This document shows, piece by piece, positions 27,940 through 37,216 of a stretch of 64,000 bases of DNA (position 1 is its first letter; every line of letters starts with the position of its first letter). Under the pieces are notes generated by a model. It was given only the letters and a program-made list of their open reading frames with translations. It was not told the origin of the DNA and did not search any database. The stretch is taken from NCBI GenBank assembly GCA_938091495.1, contig CALLJF010000012.1, forward strand, positions 32,154 through 96,153, given 5' to 3'. The position numbers were made by a program, and so were the translations under genes. This DNA comes from an uncultured Nitrososphaerales archaeon. Its GTDB lineage: Archaea; Thermoproteota; Nitrososphaeria; Nitrososphaerales; JACAEJ01.

Positions 27940-29193
27940 TTGGGAAAGAAGTTGCAAAGCAGAATAGCGAACCCGTCGTTAGTCCCTGAAGGAGAAAAAT
28001 CATACTCTTGGGCATATAGGAACATGCCAGCTTTAGTTAAGACAATAGATAGCTTTGGTGATAAAAAACCATTGGCAGGGAAAAGGATTGCCATGTGCTT
28101 GCACGTAACAAAAGAAACTTCAGTTTTGGCTATGGGGCTGAAAAAGCTCGGAGCTGATGTTTACTTGAGTGCAGCAAATCCATTAACTACTCAAGATGAT
28201 ATTGCTGCTTATCTATCATCTCAAGGCATAACCGTTTTTGCATGGAGAGGAGAAAATTCAGATGAATATTTTGATTGCATAAGAAGCATTTTGAAATTCA
28301 AACCCGACATAATAATGGATGATGGTGGAGATGCCCATATAACTTTTCATGAAGAGTTCTCAAATCACAAAATCCTAGGTGGAACTGAGGAGACGACAAC
28401 AGGGGTTACTCGTTTAAGAGCTTTGTCAAAGGTTGGAAAGTTGCGTTACCCAGTTATAGCAGTAAACAATGCTTACACAAAATTCCTATTTGATAATCGT
28501 TATGGAACAGGTCAAAGCACTTTTGATGGCTTGCTAAGGGCTACGAGCTTACTAATAACTGGTAAGAAAGTAGTAGTAGCTGGCTATGGATGGGTGGGAA
28601 AAGGCATAGCAAAGAGAGCAAGAGGTCTTGATGCTCATGTAATAGTGACAGAAGTTGATCCTCTTAAAGCCTTAGAAGCTCATATGGATGGCTTTGAAGT
28701 AATGCCCATGAGTAAAGCAGCAGAAATTGGCGATATATTCATAACTGCAACTGGTCAAATAAACGTGATAAGAGGAGAACATTTAGAAAGGATGAAGGAT
28801 GGAGCAATACTAGCAAACGCTGGGCATTTTGATGTTGAGATCAATGTCAAGTATTTGGAGCAAAACAGCCTATTGAAAAGAAGTGTAAGACAGTTTGTAG
28901 ATGAGTATAGGCTGAAGAATGGAAAAAGGCTCTATTTGATAGGCAGAGGTAGGATCGTGAATCTGGTGGCTGCTGAAGGTCATCCTCCAGAGGTGATGAT
29001 GATGTCCTTCTCAAATCAATTGTTATCAGCAGTTTACATATCTGAAAACTATCGAAGTCTTGAAAATAGAGTTTATGATGTGCCTGAAAGCATAGATAAG
29101 CAAGTAGCAAAAAATGCATTAGAAGCGATGGGAATAGAAATAGACGAAATAACTGAAGAGCAGAAAAAATATGCAGGCGATTGGAGAGTCTGA
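27940..29193 (+). CDS. ahcY: S-adenosyl-L-homocysteine hydrolase
   Basis: 417 aa. NAD-binding VAGYGWVGKG, GHFDVEI, and overall SAHH layout. TTG start. Confidence 0.9.
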   Translation: MGKKLQSRIANPSLVPEGEKSYSWAYRNMPALVKTIDSFGDKKPLAGKRIAMCLHVTKETSVLAMGLKKLGADVYLSAANPLTTQDDIAAYLSSQGITVFAWRGENSDEYFDCIRSILKFKPDIIMDDGGDAHITFHEEFSNHKILGGTEETTTGVTRLRALSKVGKLRYPVIAVNNAYTKFLFDNRYGTGQSTFDGLLRATSLLITGKKVVVAGYGWVGKGIAKRARGLDAHVIVTEVDPLKALEAHMDGFEVMPMSKAAEIGDIFITATGQINVIRGEHLERMKDGAILANAGHFDVEINVKYLEQNSLLKRSVRQFVDEYRLKNGKRLYLIGRGRIVNLVAAEGHPPEVMMMSFSNQLLSAVYISENYRSLENRVYDVPESIDKQVAKNALEAMGIEIDEITEEQKKYAGDWRV

Positions 29194-29225
29194 AATCAAG
29201 TTTGATCATTTTTTCAAATAAGTTC

Positions 29226-29963
29226 TTACTCAAAAATTACTCCTAAAGACCACATCAAAAATATGCCCAGAGAAAGAAATATGAGTTGAACTATAGAATC
29301 TCTCATCTTCTCTCTTTTGTGCATTTCAGGAAGAAGGTCTGTGGCTGCGATATAGACGAAGCCTCCAGCAGCGAAAGGCAAAAGCAGTGTTGAAAAATAT
29401 CCTGTGTATTGAATGAGGTAATAAGCGAAGACTGCTCCAATGATAGCAGTTATTGCTGATGCAAAATTGTAAAATAGTGCCTTTGTCTTTTTGAAGCCGC
29501 CATAAACTAATATCCCAAAGTCCCCTATCTCCTGTGGAATTTCATGGGCAGCTATAGCAAAAGTAGCAACTATGCCCAACTCTATGCTTGTAAGAAAACT
29601 TGCTGCTATTATCATTCCATCTATCCAGTTATGTATCCCATCGCCAATCAAGTTCAGATAGGTGAATGCATGAATATCGCACTTCCCCTCATGGCAGTGC
29701 CTCCAGCGTAGGAATTTCTCAATTACGAAAAAGAGCATTATGCCCAAAAGAACGAAGATAAAGATTTCTTCGCTGCCCAGTGCCAAGGATTCAGGCAACA
29801 AATCAAGAAAGGCTCCTCCCAGCAGTGCGCCAGAAGCAAAGGCGACCAGTATTAGAAGAAGGTTGTTAAGTATCTTATCGTTTAAGGATAAGAAAAGAAC
29901 TCCTACAAGAGATATCGAGCTGACCAATAATGTAGCGAAGATGATTAGCAAAAGGTCTGACAT
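29226..29963 (-). CDS. zupT: ZIP-family divalent metal (Zn/Fe) transporter
   Basis: 245 aa with about 8 TM. HEIPQEIGDF signature. Confidence 0.8.
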   Translation of the reverse strand: MSDLLLIIFATLLVSSISLVGVLFLSLNDKILNNLLLILVAFASGALLGGAFLDLLPESLALGSEEIFIFVLLGIMLFFVIEKFLRWRHCHEGKCDIHAFTYLNLIGDGIHNWIDGMIIAASFLTSIELGIVATFAIAAHEIPQEIGDFGILVYGGFKKTKALFYNFASAITAIIGAVFAYYLIQYTGYFSTLLLPFAAGGFVYIAATDLLPEMHKREKMRDSIVQLIFLSLGIFLMWSLGVIFE

Positions 29964-29984
29964 ACACTCACCTACGAATGACTA

Positions 29985-30410
29985 CTACTTCATACACTCT
30001 CTATGCACTAGAACTTTACCATGGATGCAAGTCTCTGGATAATTCAAAGTTCTGCAAATTCTTTTAATCAACTTCATATCTACAAAGTAGTCCATTTTAG
30101 ATGCTTCTTTGCAAGAGGTTTCATCATCTAGACCCAAAACTTTCCTGAAGTAGACTTCAAGAATTCTATGATTGTGAATCATTTTTAGGGCTAAATCGTT
30201 TCCCCTTTTAGTAAGCCTTATTCTTTTCCAAGGAGTCCTCTTAACCAATCCGTAGGATTCGAGCTTCTTTAATGTGTCTATCACAGAGGGTGCTTTTACA
30301 TCAAAAATCTTTGCTAATTTCCCTGTAGATAGCACTTGTTTATCCTCCTCAAGCCTCCACAGGGCTAAAAGGTAAGATGCGCTAGTGGAAGTTAATCTGG
30401 TTTCTTGCAT
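29985..30410 (-). CDS. DtxR/MntR-family metal-dependent transcriptional repressor
   Basis: 141 aa. Winged-helix N-terminus (YLLALWRLEE...STGKLAKIFDVKAPSVIDTLKKLESYGLV) and a dimerisation/metal domain (HNHRILEVYF). Adjacent to the ZIP transporter. Confidence 0.8.
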   Translation of the reverse strand: MQETRLTSTSASYLLALWRLEEDKQVLSTGKLAKIFDVKAPSVIDTLKKLESYGLVKRTPWKRIRLTKRGNDLALKMIHNHRILEVYFRKVLGLDDETSCKEASKMDYFVDMKLIKRICRTLNYPETCIHGKVLVHRECMK

Positions 30411-30559
30411 CCCAAAAATTAGGTAAATCCTAAATTTAAGTGTTTCTTCGCTAGGGAAATCTAGATATTAAAGAATATGAAAAAGTAATTCAATTTGTAA
30501 TTAACATAAAAGATAAGGTATTTATGAACATCTTTTCTTGAATCATCTAAATAAGGTTC

Positions 30560-32242
30560 GTGGCAATCTTGGTGAAGTGGGTAGTAACATCGGCATGGCC
30601 ATATTCCTCTGATATACCACATCTAGGCAACCTTATAGGCTCTGTATTGTCTGCAGACGTAATAGCAAGATATCTTAGGATGAAAAAACATTCAGTAATC
30701 TTCGTATCTGGCTCTGATGAGCATGGGACACCAGTTGAGATAGAAGCAATAAAGCATAAAATTCCAGTAAGAGAGTTTGCAGATGCTAACCATGAGCGCA
30801 TAAAGAAATTGTTTGAGGATTGGAAAATATCTTATGATAACTATACAAGGACAGAAAGCCCAACTCATATAAATTTCGTAATGAATCATTTTAGAGAGAT
30901 ATATGAGAATGGCTTCATATTTGAAGAAGAGGAGCTTGTGCATTATTGCCCTAAAGACAAAAAATTTCTACCAGATAGATTTGTTGAAGGGACTTGCCCG
31001 TATTGTGGAGCACGTGGTGCAAGAGGGGATCAGTGTGATAATTGTGGAAAGCCTTTGGATGCTATAAAGCTCATAGATGCTTATTGTGCCATTTGTAACG
31101 GTAAGACCGAGATTAAAAGTACAAAACAATGGTACTTCGATCTGCCAAAGCTAAGTGAGAGAATAAGGAGCTATCTTTTGAACAATAAAGAGCTTTCTGA
31201 AAACGCCGTAACCTTTAGCCTAAGCCTAATAGAAGAAGGGTTAAAGCCTCGCTCTCTCACAAGGGATACTCAATGGGGGATACCTGCACCTTTCCCAGGA
31301 GCTGAAGGAAAGACTATCTACGTATGGATGGAAGCCGTTTTAGGCTATGTCTCGGCCGTTATAGAGTACTTTAAGATTAAAGAAAATGAAGATGGATGGA
31401 AGGATTATTGGCTTGATCCAAGTACAAAGACAGCCTTTTTCATAGGTAAGGACAATATACCTTTTCATACCATCATCTTTCCAGCCCTTCTCCTTGCATC
31501 AAAACAAAATTACACTCTGCCAAATGTAGTTAGTGCCACTGAATTTCTTCAATTCGAAGGGAAAAAGTTCTCAAAGAGCAGAAGGATAGGCATATGGATA
31601 AACGAAGCCCTTGAGATTTTACCTGTGGATTACTGGAGATATTGTCTATTATCCATTAGGCCTGAAAGCGGAGATGTAAACTTCACCTATGAGTTATTAG
31701 AGGAAAAGGTGAACAGTGAGCTTAACGACAAGATAGGGAATTTTATCAATAGAACCCTCTTTGCTATAAAGAGATTTATGAAAGGTGAAATTGCCAAGAG
31801 ACCAAAGCTAAGTCAGCAAGGAGAAGATATGATAGAGAAAATAAATCTAAGGCATGACAAAATTGATGAGCAATACGAAAGATTCAGGATTCAAAGGGCT
31901 GTCAAGCTCACTTTAGAACAAGCTGAAGAAGGCAATGTGTACCTCAATTTGACCGAACCTTGGAAGACTTTTGAATCAAATCAAGATGCAACCTATGAGT
32001 CTCTTTACGTGGTGGCAAGAATGGTCAAGGCATTATCAATAGAACTCTACCCTATAATCCCCAGCACTGCTGATAAAATATGGTCTTTCCTTGGATTAAA
32101 AGGTAAATTGGATAATGCTGATTGGTCAGAAGCGAAAGAAGATTTTCATTATCCAGTCAAAATAGGTGAGTTTCATTCATTGTTTAAGAAGATTAAAAAA
32201 GAAGAAGTTATAAAAAGACTCGATGAAATTAGGAAGAAGTAG
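30560..32242 (+). CDS. metG: Methionyl-tRNA synthetase (catalytic core, no C-terminal tRNA-binding domain)
   Basis: 560 aa. HIGH-type PHLGNLIG, zinc knuckles CPYCG...CDNCG, and KFSKS. GTG start. Confidence 0.9.
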   Translation: MAILVKWVVTSAWPYSSDIPHLGNLIGSVLSADVIARYLRMKKHSVIFVSGSDEHGTPVEIEAIKHKIPVREFADANHERIKKLFEDWKISYDNYTRTESPTHINFVMNHFREIYENGFIFEEEELVHYCPKDKKFLPDRFVEGTCPYCGARGARGDQCDNCGKPLDAIKLIDAYCAICNGKTEIKSTKQWYFDLPKLSERIRSYLLNNKELSENAVTFSLSLIEEGLKPRSLTRDTQWGIPAPFPGAEGKTIYVWMEAVLGYVSAVIEYFKIKENEDGWKDYWLDPSTKTAFFIGKDNIPFHTIIFPALLLASKQNYTLPNVVSATEFLQFEGKKFSKSRRIGIWINEALEILPVDYWRYCLLSIRPESGDVNFTYELLEEKVNSELNDKIGNFINRTLFAIKRFMKGEIAKRPKLSQQGEDMIEKINLRHDKIDEQYERFRIQRAVKLTLEQAEEGNVYLNLTEPWKTFESNQDATYESLYVVARMVKALSIELYPIIPSTADKIWSFLGLKGKLDNADWSEAKEDFHYPVKIGEFHSLFKKIKKEEVIKRLDEIRKK

Positions 32243-32247
32243 GAGAG

Positions 32248-32584
32248 ATGAAAAATATCGAAAGAAGTTTCGTTTGAAGAATTCTCTAGATTAGACATAA
32301 GAATAGGCAAGATAGTAGATGCTCAACAGATACCTGGCTCTAAAAAGCTCATCAAACTTATAATAGATATAGGAGGAGCAACGAAAACTTCTGTGGCAGG
32401 AATAGGAGATGATTACAAGCCAGATCAATTATTATCAAAACTTGTAGCCATAGTCACTAACCTTAAGCCGAGAAAGGTCTTTGGGGTTGAATCTGAAGTT
32501 ATGATACTTGCTGCCCTTGATGGTCCTAATGTTTCGATCCTTCAACCTGATAAGCAAGTCAAGGCAGGAAGTAAGGTGACTTAA
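32248..32584 (+). CDS. Trbp111/MetRS-beta-like tRNA-binding (OB-fold) protein, frameshifted 4 nt after its ATG
   Basis: From 32252 the frame reads KISKEVSFEEFSRLDIRIGKIVDAQQIPGSKKLIKLIIDIGG...LKPRKVFGVESEVMILAA...VKAGSKVT*, the EMAP-II/Trbp111 fold. The ATG at 32248 (after AGGAG) is one base out of frame across the A5 run at 32251-32255. With A4 the ORF would be 111 aa. Confidence 0.65.
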
Positions 32585-32593
32585 TTCAATTAT

Positions 32594-33841
32594 TCATCCA
32601 AGATACTTATCCATTGTTTTAATAGCACAGTATGTGCCACACATAGTGCATGCTTCATTTTTCTGCAAGTTTAGAGATATCATTTTTTCTGGGTAAAGTG
32701 CATAGTGAAACTGACCTGCCCAGTCTAGATTCCTCCTTCTTTTCGCCAATTCTAAATCTCTCTCAGAAATTCCGTATTTTATAGAATCGCCAATATGGGC
32801 AGCTATTCTAAATGCAATAACGCCTTGTTTTACATCATCTATATTTGGTAAAGAGAGATGCTCGCTAGGTGTAATATAACACAAATAATCTGCCCCAGCA
32901 CCAGCAGCAATGCTAGCACCAACACAAGCAGCTATATGATCATAACCTACTGCAACGTCTATAGGCAGAGGACCTGCGACGAATAAAGGGCGATTCTCGA
33001 TGATCTTCTTATGATACTTAACGTATTTCCAAATCTCCGCAGCATTAACATGTCCACCCATGCCTTCGATTATAACTTGCACTCCTTGTTCATTTGCTTT
33101 CTTAGCGAGTTCGCTGTTCATCTTTATTTCAAGTATTTGTGGCTCATCTTTTAAATCGTGAATGCAACCGCTACGCATACTATTACCTAGAGATAAGACA
33201 ATGTCTCTTCTCCTCAATATCTTCAAAATTTCGTCAAATCTCTCAAGAAAAGGATTTTCCACTTGATGCTCGATCATCCATGCTGCAGTTAGGCTTCCAC
33301 CCTTAGAGACCATGCCCATGATTCTTCTTTGATTCTTTAACTTCTCTAACATCTTAAGTGTAAAGCCAGCATGAATAACGATCGAACTCACACCCTCTTC
33401 AGTATGCTTTTCTATCATGTTAATCAAATTTCTATAGCTGACTTTATGGAGGGATTGGTACTCTGCAACTGCCTGATAAATAGGCACTGTAGTAATTGGC
33501 AAGCTTGTAGCAGTGAATATACTCTTTCGAATGGCATCTATATTTCCACCCATGGACAAATCTGAAATCGTGTGCGCCCCAAATTTTTCAGCAACCTTGG
33601 CCTTCTCAACTTCTTCGATTGGATCAACTACTATAGGGGATGTTCCTATGTTCGCATTTATTTTGGTGCTTAACCCTTTCCCGATTCCAAGTGAGCCATA
33701 ACCCTTGCGAGTCATGATTACAATTTCTCCTTTCTCTACACTTTCTCGAATGAACTTTGCCTCTAACTTCTCAGACTTTGCTACTATCTCCATCCCTTGA
33801 GTTATTGTACCAGCAAAGGCAGCCTCTAACTCCGTTTCCAT
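32594..33841 (-). CDS. ThiC-family radical-SAM-type enzyme, divergent paralog
   Basis: 415 aa. Shares KINANIGTS, TVPIYQA, VSKGGS, GYDHIA, YLCYITPSEHLSLP and the C-terminal CTMCGTYC with ThiC. However, it has GNSMRSG where the other copy has GDALRPG, and EGMGGH where the other has EGPGH. It also lacks the TQ..AARQG N-terminal motif. Confidence 0.7.
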   Translation of the reverse strand: METELEAAFAGTITQGMEIVAKSEKLEAKFIRESVEKGEIVIMTRKGYGSLGIGKGLSTKINANIGTSPIVVDPIEEVEKAKVAEKFGAHTISDLSMGGNIDAIRKSIFTATSLPITTVPIYQAVAEYQSLHKVSYRNLINMIEKHTEEGVSSIVIHAGFTLKMLEKLKNQRRIMGMVSKGGSLTAAWMIEHQVENPFLERFDEILKILRRRDIVLSLGNSMRSGCIHDLKDEPQILEIKMNSELAKKANEQGVQVIIEGMGGHVNAAEIWKYVKYHKKIIENRPLFVAGPLPIDVAVGYDHIAACVGASIAAGAGADYLCYITPSEHLSLPNIDDVKQGVIAFRIAAHIGDSIKYGISERDLELAKRRRNLDWAGQFHYALYPEKMISLNLQKNEACTMCGTYCAIKTMDKYLG

Positions 33842-33894
33842 ATCTCAAACCCTCTACTTACCCATTCTAAACCTTTCTCGCCTTATCTAAAAGG

Positions 33895-34858
33895 CTAGGA
33901 AAACATAGAGCATCTTCTCTTATGATCGATAAAGGAATTTATGATAAACTCTTTAAGGTTCAACGGATCATCGATAAAAGCAACAGTGGAATTCCCATTC
34001 ATTCTTGCCATATCATCACATATATCCCTTAACCTAACATTAGAGTCTAGCATCATTATGTTCATTCTTATGCCCTCCCTTCCTGCTAAATAGGAAGTCC
34101 TCAAAGCACTTTGTAATGGTGTTTGCCCTGGATAGTAAGAGATCGTTGGTTCACTGTCTGTTATTAGGAAGATGTTCCTGTTGCCATCCTCTTTCGCTAA
34201 AATCTTTCTAGTAAAATCCAGTGCGTGCCCAATGTCCTTAAATGCCAATCAGGAATTTCTGACTCCAAGCCTTTTACTTTCACTAGATACATATTTCTTT
34301 TTCCTATTTCGATCTCTTCTTCAAGAGTTTCAGGAGGGGCTATCTCTATTTCTTCCATTCTATCCAAAAGTGGCTCTTTTATAGGGCTTTTACCCCTATA
34401 GTTTGCAGGATTTGTTGCAGCCAATATGATTGCATCAAGTCTAAATGGAACTATATCCCCCTCTGTAGTTGTCACTTGCTTTTCCTCAAAAAGTTCATGA
34501 AGCAATGTTTGAAGAGACGAGGGTATTGCCCCAAATATCAACCTCACTTCCACCTAGAACGTAATAAGGCGCATTATTCCTGTTAACCTTAATATCCTCA
34601 AAGAGTAGTTCAGTAGGTATCTTTGGCTTCACTCTTACACCCATATTCTAAGCTTACCATGATTATTTACAATCTAGGATAATAATGTTCTGCTTTTTTG
34701 TTACCATCGCCATTCTTCATGACAATTCTCTTACAAACCAACAATCGTCCAATTTTCTCCTTCAGCCTCTTCAAAAATCTGACAGGTTCTAACATTAGAT
34801 TCTTTAACTTCGTGATAAATTCTGATGTACTAAATTTTGATATCGCTTGATTTTTGCA
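33895..34858 (-). pseudogene. Decayed AAA+ (MoxR/ChlI-like) - vWA fusion gene
   Basis: Fragments lie in several frames. One is ...FRLDAIILAATNPANYRG...LLDRMEEIEIAPPETLEEEIEI (AAA+ sensor/lid region). Another is DIGHALDFTRKILAKEDGNRNIFLITDSEPT... (the middle and C-terminal part of a vWA domain). Walker A and MIDAS are not intact, and stops separate the pieces. Confidence 0.5.
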
Positions 34859-34875
34859 TTAGAAATACAAAAGTT

Positions 34876-36657
34876 TCAAAAGTCCATTGCATTAAGAATC
34901 TCTTCTGGCAAGCCAGGACATTGAATACTTAAGTAGTATTTACTCTTGATTATTTGGGCTTTTATGAGTTCTCTCATTTCTTCCATACGACGATATGTAA
35001 AAGGATTCAATTGACTAAGTCTCTCTTTTGAAATGCCTTCGATTTCAGTTGATACAAGTACTTTCTCGCCCCATATTGGATGAGGTTCGTATTCAACAGC
35101 CCCTCTAGCAGCTTGGAGCAAGAATAACTCTGTTTCTTCTATCGTTGGGCTTGTACCACCAACAGGCTTTGGAATACCATTTGATCCTGTTTTGAGCTTT
35201 GACCTAGGCATCATGTAACTCTTGTCACCAAGTTTTTCTTCGACCCACTCATATTCCGAGCCTATCTTACCAAGGGTAGTCAGCAGGTATAAATCAACAG
35301 GATTGCCCTTCTCTTTTCTCTTTTTCAGTATTTCATAGAATCTAACCACATGCGCAGCGTTACCAACTCCCATCGTAAAAGGCAAACAATACCTAGATTC
35401 GTATAATTCTTTGCCCACTACAGCCAGAGATTGAGCAGGGTGACCAATCGTTCTACCATCTGCCAATACTTTAGCGGCAAAGGCCAAATCTTCTATCTTA
35501 ACCCAAGCATAGTCACAGAAGTTTCCTGGACTTATGAATACTGCCATATTCAATGGACCTGTTGAATCTATTTGGCCATCGAAATAACCCGTATCTTCTA
35601 AGTTAAATACACTCCTAGCATTGCGATTTTGTGCTCCCTGATACTGGAAGAGTGTCCCACCTAAGCATGGATTCCCATCAGGCCCAAATTCTGTATTTTC
35701 ATGCAAAGCGTTAGATGACATCGCCGCACGCCAGATAGGAAGTTGAAGTTCTGTTACATCCTCAGTTTTAGTCCAAGAGCCCCTTTCTGAGCCATATACT
35801 CGATCCTCAAATACTGCCACAATATCATCATTTCTTATCACCTGGTCTGATAAATATTCAGTTGGATCTACACCAAATTGCTGAACAAACAAGTGCTTAT
35901 TGTGCTCACCGAAGACATACATGCCATGAGTTGATTTCCCAGTGCCAGTTAATCCCCAAATACACATTACAATTCTTTTAGATTTATCATCGACTGTTTT
36001 TACAGTGAACTCCCTTAAAGATGCATGTTCACCACATCCGCCTTTTTTGTAAACAAAATAAATCCAATGGGACAAGAAGCCTTTTTTCACTTCACCTTGA
36101 TATGAGCTACAAGTCACAATAGTATAATTATGGAATGGAAAGCGAATTACCCGAAGCATTTGGTTTGTTCCAGGTATGTTTGGATTTCCTAAGTAATGAG
36201 GAATATCAATGAGCATTACATCCGGTTCTTCTTCTGGAGGAGCTGGGAAGTTTATCCGGGACCACCTATAGGCAATGTCTGGGAATTGAGGATCACAGTA
36301 TAATCTGGCATGCATTTTGACAGGAGAATTTTTTGACCCTAAGTAACAGTCGACCTGAATTAGAGGACCTTGGGCTAAGATATGCTCGAGTACCCTCATC
36401 ATTAAAAATTTATAATCAGGTTTTAAGTCTTCATTCTTCTCAATTACCAAACTTCCAGTAGCAGATCGATGCCAGATATTTGAAGCCCAGCCCCAAGCAT
36501 TATTCTTAAATCTTGTACCATAAAATTTTGCCCTCTCAAATAGATCTGGTGGATTGTTCAATATCGCTTTGATTCCAGCTTTCTCTTTCATTTCAATAAT
36601 TTTAAAAAAAAGTTCCTTGAATCCTTCAATCGTTATTTCTTCTTGTTTTATTAACAA
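34876..36657 (-). CDS. PEP carboxykinase (ATP)-family protein, divergent
   Basis: 593 aa. Aligns by eye with PckA landmarks: HRSATGS (vs GRSPKDK), SYQGEVKKG (vs YGGEMKKG), GEHAS (Mn His), GLTGTGKST (P-loop), RNDDI (vs GDDEH), RGSWTKT (vs GGCYAKT), NARSVF (vs NTRVSY). TTG start. Confidence 0.6.
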   Translation of the reverse strand: MLIKQEEITIEGFKELFFKIIEMKEKAGIKAILNNPPDLFERAKFYGTRFKNNAWGWASNIWHRSATGSLVIEKNEDLKPDYKFLMMRVLEHILAQGPLIQVDCYLGSKNSPVKMHARLYCDPQFPDIAYRWSRINFPAPPEEEPDVMLIDIPHYLGNPNIPGTNQMLRVIRFPFHNYTIVTCSSYQGEVKKGFLSHWIYFVYKKGGCGEHASLREFTVKTVDDKSKRIVMCIWGLTGTGKSTHGMYVFGEHNKHLFVQQFGVDPTEYLSDQVIRNDDIVAVFEDRVYGSERGSWTKTEDVTELQLPIWRAAMSSNALHENTEFGPDGNPCLGGTLFQYQGAQNRNARSVFNLEDTGYFDGQIDSTGPLNMAVFISPGNFCDYAWVKIEDLAFAAKVLADGRTIGHPAQSLAVVGKELYESRYCLPFTMGVGNAAHVVRFYEILKKRKEKGNPVDLYLLTTLGKIGSEYEWVEEKLGDKSYMMPRSKLKTGSNGIPKPVGGTSPTIEETELFLLQAARGAVEYEPHPIWGEKVLVSTEIEGISKERLSQLNPFTYRRMEEMRELIKAQIIKSKYYLSIQCPGLPEEILNAMDF

Positions 36658-36658
36658 T

Positions 36659-36893
36659 TCAATTAACCTCCTCCTGCTTTTTGTCTAGACTATGTTGTCT
36701 AACTCTTTGATTATCAAAAATAAAGTCAAGCCAGAACTTCGTTTTTTCATGTTCAACATAAAGTTGTAATTCCCAAAAAATAGTTTTTACCAAGGCTTTT
36801 TTCTGTCCTCCTCAACTCTTCGAGCTTGAGATGGTGTGCACTAGGCTGATTGTATGCATGGTCTGCTAGTCTTAAGGCTCTCTTATCGCTCAT
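36659..36893 (-). CDS. Small ORF (77 aa if one base is removed) coupled to the PEPCK-like gene
   Basis: As written, the ATG at 36893 gives MSDKRALRLADHAYNQPSAHHLKLEELRRTEKSLGKNYF, which then stops after 46 codons. Removing one base from the A6/T6 run (36775-36780) gives ...NYFWELQLYVEHEKTKFWLDFIFDNQRVRQHSLDKKQEEVN*, ending 1 nt before the TTG start at 36657. No family recognised. Confidence 0.35.
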
Positions 36894-37216
36894 ACTTCCA
36901 TTGCCTACTATACTGCGTAAATAAAATCTTTACTAATTAAATGTTAAAACTAATACTTCTCTATGAACCAAGTCTTGTCGAAATCTTTAATCTGCTTAAC
37001 CGTAGTTTCAGGCTTCCATACTACACACATAGCTATGTCTTTATCCATGTCTATACTCTTGTAGAGTTCCAGCCAGATGAAGGCAAGTATCGTATAAACA
37101 GCCATGGCAAGCTTGTTAGAATCAGCGACGAATTCTTTGTATTTCTCCCTCCTGATGATGTAAACACATCGAAAGTTGTCTCCAACGTTTCACTCCTAAT
37201 GTAACAAAGCTTGTAA

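Noticed and set aside
32240-32251. Stop-codon read-through or recoding that would fuse MetRS to the tRNA-binding domain
   Set aside because: It would need suppression of two different stops (TAG and TGA) three codons apart. A separate gene with its own SD/ATG and a 1-nt homopolymer shift is more parsimonious.
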